DNA of 64,000 bases from assembly GCA_039931165.1 (NCBI GenBank), contig JBDTSL010000001.1, positions 2,214 through 66,213 of the forward strand, in the 5' to 3' direction. Below the pieces are notes generated by a model. The model did no database searches. It was not told the DNA's origin and was given only the letters and a program-made list of their open reading frames with translations. Position numbers and translations under genes: made by a program. Origin of the DNA: Candidatus Doudnabacteria bacterium. Its GTDB lineage: Bacteria; Patescibacteriota; Doudnabacteria; UBA920; O2-02-FULL-48-8. This document shows, in pieces, positions 56,525 to 64,000 of the stretch (position 1 is its first letter; each line of letters begins with the position of its first letter).

Positions 56525-58041
56525 TGCCGGACATGAATAAAAAAACTTCCTCGATGTGGCTGTATCCAATAATTATTTTGGGCGGAGTTTTGCGCTACTA
56601 CAACAATACGGCGGTGGCGCTTTGGCATGACGAAGCCTTCTCCGCGCTGTATATCCGTTATCCAATTGGCGAAATGATGCACCGCATCACCCTGGATGTG
56701 CACCCGCCGCTTTACTATTGGGTCTTGAGGTTGTGGAGCTATGTTTTCGGCTCAGGCCTTCTGTCCCTGCGCTCGCTTTCGATATTATTCGGGATTCTGA
56801 CAATTTACGCCTGTTATCTGTTTGTGAAAGAAGCTTTCCAAAACGAAAAATTGGCAATTTTGGCAAGTTTTTTTCTGGCCATCAACCCGTTTCAGATCCA
56901 GTATTCGCTTGAGGCCAGAATGTACACTTTAGGAACCTTTCTTATCCTCTTTTCCTCTTATCTTCTGATCCGGGCCCTCAATTCAAATAAAACTTCGGTC
57001 TGGGCCGCCTATGCTGTTATTACCGCGGCTTGTTTTTATACGCACTACTTTTTATTTTTCTCAGTTGCCGCCCAAGGCCTTTATTTTCTTTATTGGCTTT
57101 GGCAGCAAAAAAGGTTCACTCTCAATTTTAAAAAAGATAATCTGACGCTGAAAGGATTGGGGAGTTATCTGTTGAGCCTGATAATTTTTTTGCCTTGGGT
57201 GCCGACTTTGCTGGCCCAGGTACAAAGGGTGGAAAAATCCTTCTGGATCCCGGCTCCGGACCGATGGTCGATTCCCTCAACGATTTGGAAAATGGCCTTC
57301 GGCGGCCAGGGCAATGACCATATAACTCTAGCCGTGATAACACTGGTCGCGATAGGGCTGATCATCTATTATTTCAGGGAATCAGCGCCTCCTGCCAGAT
57401 GGTTTATCATGCTCGGGGTTGCTGTGCCTTTTGTCATATCCCTCTTGCTTTCGTTCAGGCAGGCGATCTATCAGGACCGCTACTTCGTGTTCGCCTCTTT
57501 ATACTTCACTATCCTGATAGCGGGCACAATCTATGTGGTGCCGAAATACACCACCAGAAGAACGCTGACATTTTTGTTAGCCGCTTTCTCGATCGTGATA
57601 TTTTTTAAAAACTGGAACGACCTGGGCGTTAAAAATTTATTTATTAACCGCGAAATAAACCACAAGCCCGGCATGGCAGCCGCGGCTTTGGTGATCAACA
57701 GCGAAGCCAAGCTTGGGAACAAAATTTATATCGGTTCAAGCTTCGTTTACTTTACCTTCCGCTACTATAATAAAACCTCAATTCATCCCCTGCTTTATTC
57801 AAACGAACCGCTGAAAAACCTGCCGCACTTTTCCGGCACCGCGCTTCTCAACGACGACGACCTGATCATGGACTTCGGCCAGGCCAAGAAAAACGACACG
57901 GTCTGGCTTCTGTGGACCACCGGTTTCGGCGGATCGAAACCCAATGTCCCCGGCACATGGCTAAAAATTGACGAAAAAAGCTTCGGTGATACACCTGGTT
58001 TCAAGGGCGATATTTACGTGACCCAATACCGAGCAGGATAG
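56524..58041 (+). CDS. GT39/PMT-like glycosyltransferase
   Basis: LWHDEAFS, DVHPPLYY, YSLEARMY, YTHY. Confidence 0.87.
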   Translation: MPDMNKKTSSMWLYPIIILGGVLRYYNNTAVALWHDEAFSALYIRYPIGEMMHRITLDVHPPLYYWVLRLWSYVFGSGLLSLRSLSILFGILTIYACYLFVKEAFQNEKLAILASFFLAINPFQIQYSLEARMYTLGTFLILFSSYLLIRALNSNKTSVWAAYAVITAACFYTHYFLFFSVAAQGLYFLYWLWQQKRFTLNFKKDNLTLKGLGSYLLSLIIFLPWVPTLLAQVQRVEKSFWIPAPDRWSIPSTIWKMAFGGQGNDHITLAVITLVAIGLIIYYFRESAPPARWFIMLGVAVPFVISLLLSFRQAIYQDRYFVFASLYFTILIAGTIYVVPKYTTRRTLTFLLAAFSIVIFFKNWNDLGVKNLFINREINHKPGMAAAALVINSEAKLGNKIYIGSSFVYFTFRYYNKTSIHPLLYSNEPLKNLPHFSGTALLNDDDLIMDFGQAKKNDTVWLLWTTGFGGSKPNVPGTWLKIDEKSFGDTPGFKGDIYVTQYRAG

Positions 58042-58122
58042 CTGTAACTATTGCCTGAGTTCCTCGATTCATTATTATAGTATTCAAAAGGTCGATTAAA
58101 TAACCAGAAACCTCAATAATGT

Positions 58123-58551
58123 ATGAAGAAATTTATTATTTCCGCGGCAGTCGGAACCATGATGTTGGCGGCTCTTCCTGTTTTTGCTGAAAACTCCAAT
58201 TCCAGGACCCCAACCCAGCTAACTACGGTTGACTTAGCCTGCGCTCAGACTGCTGTAAACACCCGTGAAGCAGCTGTTATTGCAGCCGTATCGGCGCATT
58301 CCGGCTCCTGGACCGCGGCTTTGCAGGCACGCCAGACAGCGCTCAACACCGCCTGGGGCCTGTCGGACACCACCGCACGGAGAGCGGCGATCAATGCCGC
58401 ATTGAAGACATATAAGACAGCGCATAAAGCTACTCAAACCGCTTTCAACAAGGCTCAAAGAGATGCCTGGACTGCTTTCAAAACAGCGGCAAAAACTTGC
58501 CATATCAGCTCGAGGGACGACTCATCCGGTTTTAGCTTGGACAATCGGTAA
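58123..58551 (+). CDS. Secreted Ala-rich helical hypothetical protein
   Basis: Signal peptide (..LPVFA), Cys pair, followed by terminator. Confidence 0.75.
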   Translation: MKKFIISAAVGTMMLAALPVFAENSNSRTPTQLTTVDLACAQTAVNTREAAVIAAVSAHSGSWTAALQARQTALNTAWGLSDTTARRAAINAALKTYKTAHKATQTAFNKAQRDAWTAFKTAAKTCHISSRDDSSGFSLDNR

Positions 58552-58561
58552 TATCTGAAAT

Positions 58562-58594
58562 AAAAAACCGTCCCGGTTAACGGGGCGGTTTTTT
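58562..58594. terminator. Bidirectional intrinsic terminator
   Basis: AAAAAACCGTCCCG-gttaa-CGGGGCGGTTTTTT. Confidence 0.8.
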
Positions 58595-58653
58595 AAATTT
58601 ACTGATCGATTTTGACGCCGAGATGTAATTGCTTTGAGCATAATTATTGGCTT

Positions 58654-59616
58654 TTATGGTTTGACCGCATCGGTATTGGATCCAGCCACATCGGGCTGGG
58701 GCTGTTGGCTGCAGGCGCTGGCCTGGAAGCAATAATAGGCCCATTTCGCCAGTCGAAGGTCTATGTAGGCCAGGCGAGGGCGGTCTTTGGGAGCTATCTG
58801 CTTATTTAGCAATACCGATAAATTATTCAGTTGTGTAACCACCGAACGGGTGGTATCAAACATCACTGACCAGCCTTCGGAGGAAATAAACTGCACATCG
58901 GTGCTTTTCTTCCCAGGAAATTTTATCTGAGTGATCGGCGTTGAGATCTTACCGTTCCATTGCCGGGTCATAGACAGCACGAATGCGGCCAGTTTGGAAT
59001 TAGCCAGAACCTCGCCGGACGCAAAGGCTTCGGTCAACTGGTCGTTGACCACTAGTTTGCTGCCCGGAGTATCTATCTGCGAAACTACGGTTCCGTCCTC
59101 ATCAACCAGAAAATATTTGCCGTTCGATTCGATCACAAACCCCGGCACTCGTTCTTTGATCTCGATTGCGATGCTATTCGGCCAGATCCTCCGATAACCC
59201 GTAACTTCTTTGATCGTCGGCAGTGCCTGGGTTAAAAGTTTATTCACGCGGCCCTTGGTTAAAAGAAAAAAAATGTTTTTTCGGATGAGCATTAAACGGG
59301 ATTGTCCGGCCTGGGAGATGACATCCGCGATTGCCTGTGAGGAAATCTGGACGTTTCCAGAAACAGAAACATTTGTAACGACAAAAGTGGAAGAAATACA
59401 TAAATAATAAATTATCGCAGCCAAACCAAGAAAGATTACAGCCTGCCATAATTTCGAACCAAGCCCTATTTTGGCCATAAACCTGTTGAAACGGCCCTGA
59501 GGATTTGGGGTAAAAACACGCTTGTAATTGGCCGCCTGTTTTATCTTATTCCGAAAACCCCGGCCGCCAAACCGCCGTTTCGGCTCCAATTTTCTTCTGT
59601 GGGTGGAAAAAATCAT
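58654..59616 (-). CDS. ftsQ: FtsQ/DivIB-like cell division protein
   Basis: TM, POTRA-like VSVSGN..WPNSIAIEIKER, YIDLRL; follows ddl. Confidence 0.8.
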   Translation of the reverse strand: MIFSTHRRKLEPKRRFGGRGFRNKIKQAANYKRVFTPNPQGRFNRFMAKIGLGSKLWQAVIFLGLAAIIYYLCISSTFVVTNVSVSGNVQISSQAIADVISQAGQSRLMLIRKNIFFLLTKGRVNKLLTQALPTIKEVTGYRRIWPNSIAIEIKERVPGFVIESNGKYFLVDEDGTVVSQIDTPGSKLVVNDQLTEAFASGEVLANSKLAAFVLSMTRQWNGKISTPITQIKFPGKKSTDVQFISSEGWSVMFDTTRSVVTQLNNLSVLLNKQIAPKDRPRLAYIDLRLAKWAYYCFQASACSQQPQPDVAGSNTDAVKP

Positions 59617-60644
59617 TCTTTATCCAATGCCAGGCCGATTAATTTATCCAAAAACTGCGGGTAAGAGATCCCAGCGGCTTTGGCAGACTTGGGAGTCAAT
59701 GAATTGGCGGTCATACCGGGAATGGTGTTGATCTCCAAAAAATAAATTTGCCCGTTGTCCTTGACAATAAAATCCGACCGGCTGACCCCGCGGCAACCCA
59801 GAAGTTTGTGTATCAAAACTGCCCGCTCTTGAAGATTCTTGGCCAATGATCGGGGAATATGCGCCGGGACTATTTCATCGGAATAATCCGGATTGTATTT
59901 TGCGCGAAAATCAAAAAACTCCGAGCCTCGCTTCGGCAAGATTTCAATTACAGGAAGTGCCTGCAATTTTTGGTTCCCCAACACCGGCACGGTCAATTCC
60001 CGGCCCGACAGATATTCCTCGATCAATATTTCACTGTCGTGTTCAAAAGCCCGCCGGATCCCTGCTTTAATTTCTTTTTTGCTTTTTGCGATGGTCACGC
60101 CCAGGGACGAACCGATGCGATTGGGCTTAATGACCAGTTTCCCGTGCAATTTGTTCAAATATTTTTTAGAGTTTTTCCGATATTCTTCGCTGTTCAAAAT
60201 AACATGCGGTGCTACCAAAATTCCTTCTGAAGCCACGACTCTTTTGGTTTTAGCTTTATCCATAGCCAGCGCTGAGGCCAAAATTCCTGAACCGGTGTAT
60301 TTTACCCCCAGAGACTGCAGAACTCCCTGAATGGTGCCGTCTTCGCCTCCTGGCCCGTGCAGGGCCAAGAAAGCGACATCGATCTTTCCCTGTGAATTTT
60401 TATCTATCGGCACAATTTCGCGGTTTGATGAGATTTTTTTCGTATACCCTAATTTCTCAATCTGCTTGATTGTCGGACTGCTGATCAACCATTGGCCTTT
60501 TTCTGAAATTTCAACCGGGGTCACGTCATATTTTTTTTTGCTGAGATTTTCGGCCACATTTTTTCCCGACTTCAAAGAAATCTCCCTCTCTTGAGAAGTC
60601 CCGCCAAAAATCAAGGCGATTCTAAGTTTTTTCTTATGTCTCAT
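59613..60644 (-). CDS. ddl: D-alanine--D-alanine ligase
   Basis: GGTSQEREIS, LHGPGGEDG, GSS, LEINTIPGMT. Confidence 0.96.
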   Translation of the reverse strand: MRHKKKLRIALIFGGTSQEREISLKSGKNVAENLSKKKYDVTPVEISEKGQWLISSPTIKQIEKLGYTKKISSNREIVPIDKNSQGKIDVAFLALHGPGGEDGTIQGVLQSLGVKYTGSGILASALAMDKAKTKRVVASEGILVAPHVILNSEEYRKNSKKYLNKLHGKLVIKPNRIGSSLGVTIAKSKKEIKAGIRRAFEHDSEILIEEYLSGRELTVPVLGNQKLQALPVIEILPKRGSEFFDFRAKYNPDYSDEIVPAHIPRSLAKNLQERAVLIHKLLGCRGVSRSDFIVKDNGQIYFLEINTIPGMTANSLTPKSAKAAGISYPQFLDKLIGLALDKE

Positions 60645-61729
60645 TTCAAAATCCTAGGGATCAAGGGATTAATTCTAGCTACAACTTCGTAGTTTATCGT
60701 GTCTATTGTTTTAGCCAATTCGTCCGCGCTGATTTCGGCTCCGATCAACTCGACTTTGTCTCCTGCCCTAACTTTCTTGAGATCAGTAACATCAACCATG
60801 GTCAGATTCATGCAGACCCGGCCCAAAATTTTACAGCGTTTGCCGTTTATCAAAACTTGGCCGTTGTTGGAAAACCTCCGGTCAAAGCCGTCAAAATAGC
60901 CGATCGGCAAAACCGCAAGTTTGGTCGCGCGCCTGGTTTGATAAGTTAAATCATAGCCAACGAAAGCTCCTTTTGGCAATGCTTTCACTTGAATCACTTG
61001 GGTTTGCCATGACAGCACCGGCCTCACGGCAAATTTTGCTTTTTTGCGCGTAAAATCCGACGGCCATAGTCCGTACAAACCTATTCCCAGCCTTACCATA
61101 TCATGCCGGCCTGCTGCGCTGACAATTCCTGCGGCAGTACAGGCAATATGCTTGATCGGAACAATTCCCCGCCATTCCAATTCCTCGATCACCGTGTTAA
61201 ACCCGAGGTTTTGTTTGTGGGTAAATTCCAAATTTTCTTCGGATGCCGCAAAGTGAGAAAACACTCCTTCGATCTTTAAATTCGGCAATCGGAGCAGTTT
61301 GTCCGCAAAAAAAGCAACATCGGCCGGTAGTATTCCAAGCCTGGATGTGCCGGTATCGACTTTCAGATGAATTCTTGCAGTCTTTTTTAATTTTTTGGCC
61401 GCAGCCGAAATCAGCCTGGCTTGTTTTATATCGTAAACTGCTAGGGAAACGTTTCTTTTGATTAAATCCGGGATTTCAAACGGGTCATAAAAACTCAAAA
61501 CCAAGATAGGTTTTTTGATGCCGGTTTGGCGCAAAGACAAGGCCTCGAGGCCCGAAGCCACGCCAAACCAATCTGTTTCTCTTTCGATAGCCGAAGAAAC
61601 CAAGTCTATTCCGTGGCCATAAGCATTGCTTTTGACCACTGCCATGATCTGAGTATCACCAACAGCACGCCGATAGGCGCGCAGATTGTGAACCAAAGCG
61701 GATTTGCTGATTATAACTTTTGAGGACAT
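60641..61729 (-). CDS. alr: Alanine racemase
   Basis: AVVKSNAYGHG (PLP Lys), HLKVDTG, GYFDG, GRVCM. Confidence 0.96.
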   Translation of the reverse strand: MSSKVIISKSALVHNLRAYRRAVGDTQIMAVVKSNAYGHGIDLVSSAIERETDWFGVASGLEALSLRQTGIKKPILVLSFYDPFEIPDLIKRNVSLAVYDIKQARLISAAAKKLKKTARIHLKVDTGTSRLGILPADVAFFADKLLRLPNLKIEGVFSHFAASEENLEFTHKQNLGFNTVIEELEWRGIVPIKHIACTAAGIVSAAGRHDMVRLGIGLYGLWPSDFTRKKAKFAVRPVLSWQTQVIQVKALPKGAFVGYDLTYQTRRATKLAVLPIGYFDGFDRRFSNNGQVLINGKRCKILGRVCMNLTMVDVTDLKKVRAGDKVELIGAEISADELAKTIDTINYEVVARINPLIPRILK

Positions 61730-61733
61730 GGAT

Positions 61734-61850
61734 TAGATCACCACGCGACGGCAAATATCATACCTGCTTAACCGTCGCTCGCGAATTCGCATTTGCGAGG
61801 AGCCGCTTTTTTACCTAAAAGGTCAGCTTCGGCGGCAACGAAGCAATCTA
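61734..61850. repeat. GCGAG/GCAATC palindromic element, copy 5 (halves swapped)
   Basis: TAGATCACCACG...GCTCGCGAAT then ATTTGCGAGGAG...ACGAAGCAATCTA. Confidence 0.75.
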
Positions 61851-63155
61851 TTATTTTTTGATCACATCAAACCCCGTGTATTTCTGCAGCACTTCCGGAA
61901 CTTCCACCGACCCATCGGCTTGCTGGTAATTTTCCAGGATCGCGATCAAAACTCTGGGCATGGCCAGTGCAGTCGCGTCATTCGTATGCACCAGAACATT
62001 TTCTCCTTTTTCGGATTTTAGCTTGATGTTCAGCCGCCGGGACTGAAAATCAGTCATCATGTCGGCGGTATGAGTCTCCCGGTAGGTTTTTTGGCTTGGG
62101 ATCCAGACCTCCATATCAACCCCTCGGGCATTTGGCATGCCGATATCAGCCGTACACTTCAGCAATTTTCTGTACGGCAGATCCAGGGCCTGCAAAATAT
62201 GCTCTTCGATGGCGATCAGGAACAAGTGCTCTTTAAAAGAATCCGAAGCGGCGGTAAAAGATTCCATTTCCAGCTTGTCGAACTGGTGCACCCTTAGGAT
62301 TCCTTTCACATCCTTGCCATATGAGCCTGATTCCCGCCTGAAAGAGGTAGAATAGCCGATATATCGCAAAGGCAGATCTGAGGCCTTTAAAACCTCATCC
62401 ATATGCTTGGAAACCAAAGTATGCTCCGCGCTGCCGATCAAATACAGATCGTCCTTTTGCAGATAATATCTTTCATCTTTATCTTCCTCGCTCAGACGCG
62501 AAGTTTTTACGTATACTTCCGGTTTGATCATGAAAGGCGGGATGACCGGGATAAACGGCTTGGCGGGATATCCTTTTTCCACGGAATTTGCGAGTTTCTT
62601 AAGTTCGGTTTCGTTCAACAACAGGGTGAAGACATAGTTGATCAGGGCAAATTGCAACTGGACCAAGCCTCCGGTCAAATAACCAAATCTGCTCCCTGCG
62701 ACTTTGGCCGCGGACTCCGTGTCGATAAGGTTCAGGTCGTGCCCAAGCTGCATATGATCTTTGGGTTCAAAAGCAAATTTCCTAGGGGCACCCCAAGTAA
62801 AAACCGTTTGATTCTCTCTCTCGTCCTGGCCCACCGGCACGTCTTTCCACGGAATATTCGGGACTTTCAACATTTCGGCCATCCATTGCCTGTCAATCTC
62901 GATAAACTCCAGTTCAAACTTCCCTAGCTCGTCCTTTAAAGCTCTGCTCTGCTCGATCAGCTCGTCTGTTCTGGCTTGTTTCAGCAGCATATTGAGCTCA
63001 TTTCTTTTCGCGCGTAGGTCTTCGATCCTGACCAGCAATTTTCTCCTTTGCTCGTCCAAAGAAAGCAAGTGGTCGATATTAGCCGAAGCTTTTTTGTGTT
63101 CAACCGCTTGTTTTACCTTTTTCGCGTTATCGCGGATAAATTTAATATCGAGCAT
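61851..63155 (-). CDS. serS: Serine--tRNA ligase
   Basis: MLDIKFIR, FRRESGSYGKD, LRVHQFDKLE, ILENYQ. Confidence 0.97.
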   Translation of the reverse strand: MLDIKFIRDNAKKVKQAVEHKKASANIDHLLSLDEQRRKLLVRIEDLRAKRNELNMLLKQARTDELIEQSRALKDELGKFELEFIEIDRQWMAEMLKVPNIPWKDVPVGQDERENQTVFTWGAPRKFAFEPKDHMQLGHDLNLIDTESAAKVAGSRFGYLTGGLVQLQFALINYVFTLLLNETELKKLANSVEKGYPAKPFIPVIPPFMIKPEVYVKTSRLSEEDKDERYYLQKDDLYLIGSAEHTLVSKHMDEVLKASDLPLRYIGYSTSFRRESGSYGKDVKGILRVHQFDKLEMESFTAASDSFKEHLFLIAIEEHILQALDLPYRKLLKCTADIGMPNARGVDMEVWIPSQKTYRETHTADMMTDFQSRRLNIKLKSEKGENVLVHTNDATALAMPRVLIAILENYQQADGSVEVPEVLQKYTGFDVIKK

Positions 63156-63156
63156 A

Positions 63157-63747
63157 TTATTTATTCAGATCCTTAAGAATATCGACTAATTTTTCCAATG
63201 CGTATTTCCGATGGTTTAAAATTTCTTCCTCTTCGTGTGTCAACTCCACCCAATATTTATTGTAATTCGGCAGAAACAGAACGCTGCGGTAAGGAAATTT
63301 ATCAAGTCTTTTGTCGGACGGTTTGGCCGGTATCATACCCACAACCTCGCTGTGCGACGTAAAGACTCCCAACGAACTCGAGAATGCGATTACTATCGAA
63401 TGCTTGGCGCTGCGGTCATACTTTCCTTCCAGCCTTTTGAAAACTTCGGCGATGTTTTGTTCGTCCGTCATCTTGCTTTCATCCCAATTCTTGGATCGGA
63501 TGCCGGGAGCGCCGCCCAGGGCTTCGATCTCGAACCCGCCGACTTCTACCAAACTGGGCAAGCCGGATTTTTCGGCATAATAATTGGCTTTCCTGACCGC
63601 TTCTTCCTCAAAAGAAGTGGCTCTTTCTTCAGGATCCGGAATTTTTAAATCTTGCGCTGAGACAACTTTCAGATCAAGGCCCTTTAGCAAATTGACGTAT
63701 TCGTTCAATTTGGTCTTATTCTCCATGCTGATCAGTATATTCTTCAT
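63157..63747 (-). CDS. HAM1/RdgB-family NTP pyrophosphatase, degenerate motifs
   Basis: GGFEIEALGGAPGIRS, NHR; catalytic motifs altered. Confidence 0.8.
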   Translation of the reverse strand: MKNILISMENKTKLNEYVNLLKGLDLKVVSAQDLKIPDPEERATSFEEEAVRKANYYAEKSGLPSLVEVGGFEIEALGGAPGIRSKNWDESKMTDEQNIAEVFKRLEGKYDRSAKHSIVIAFSSSLGVFTSHSEVVGMIPAKPSDKRLDKFPYRSVLFLPNYNKYWVELTHEEEEILNHRKYALEKLVDILKDLNK

Positions 63748-64000
63748 CGTAGCAAATATTCCTTTAATTTTTTAGCCGCGGCAGCCCTCATGGAAGTCGC
63801 GTATTTCTCATCTCTCTCCATCTCGCCATAAGTTTTGTCAGATCCTCTCGGCTGAAATATCGGACCCCAGCCGAAATCCTTGCCGCCTCGGGGTTCTACG
63901 ATCTCGCCGTCGTTTCTGCCTTCAAAAAACTCGATCTCATCCTTGCTTTTCGCGTAACCGAAAATTGTCAGACAGAAAGCTTTGGTGTTCCCCATTTTTT
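63744..64000 (-). CDS. HAM1/ITPase-family protein, C-terminal part (start outside window)
   Basis: GEIVEPRG, FGWGPIF, TYGEM, SMR. Confidence 0.8.
   Translation of the reverse strand, partial: KMGNTKAFCLTIFGYAKSKDEIEFFEGRNDGEIVEPRGGKDFGWGPIFQPRGSDKTYGEMERDEKYATSMRAAAAKKLKEYLLR

Noticed and set aside
59613-60644. Possible D-Ala-D-Lac (vancomycin-type) ligase
   Set aside because: Omega loop ends AKY (Tyr) as in D-Ala-D-Ala ligases; no van genes nearby.

Overview
Chromosomal window of a small-genome bacterium. Gene content (F-type ATP synthase operon, type IV pilins, DUF4012, stand-alone VirB4/HerA-like ATPase, class F sortases) points to Patescibacteria/CPR; that assignment is an inference. 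Genetic code 11 (TGA is used as stop). Housekeeping blocks: atp operon, lepA, mraY-murD-ftsW-murJ, dac, trxA, dnaX, cysS, dnaB, recR, rplU, alr-ddl-ftsQ, serS, a fused zwf-gnd, two P-type ATPases, envelope glycosyltransferases and three intact tRNAs (Thr-CGT, Gly-CCC, Gln-TTG). The accessory block holds three DUF3494 (ice-binding-like) surface proteins with sorting signals and two class F sortases. The most striking signal is a set of tiny palindromic elements. (i) A TTTA-flanked inverted-repeat element splits a tRNA-Thr(CGT) in its anticodon loop and carries a second, intact tRNA-Thr(CGT); the same ends bracket an unannotated GIY-YIG nuclease gene 16 kb away. (ii) 15-bp CCGCC-nnn-GGCGG hairpins sit in frame in atpG, atpA, atpB and a glycosyltransferase. 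(iii) A ~110-bp GCGAG/GCAATC palindrome family has five copies, one translated inside dnaX. There is also a promoter- and terminator-bounded orphan structured RNA candidate. No rRNA, CRISPR array, integrase or transposase was seen. All calls are by-eye motif recognition; no database searches were run.
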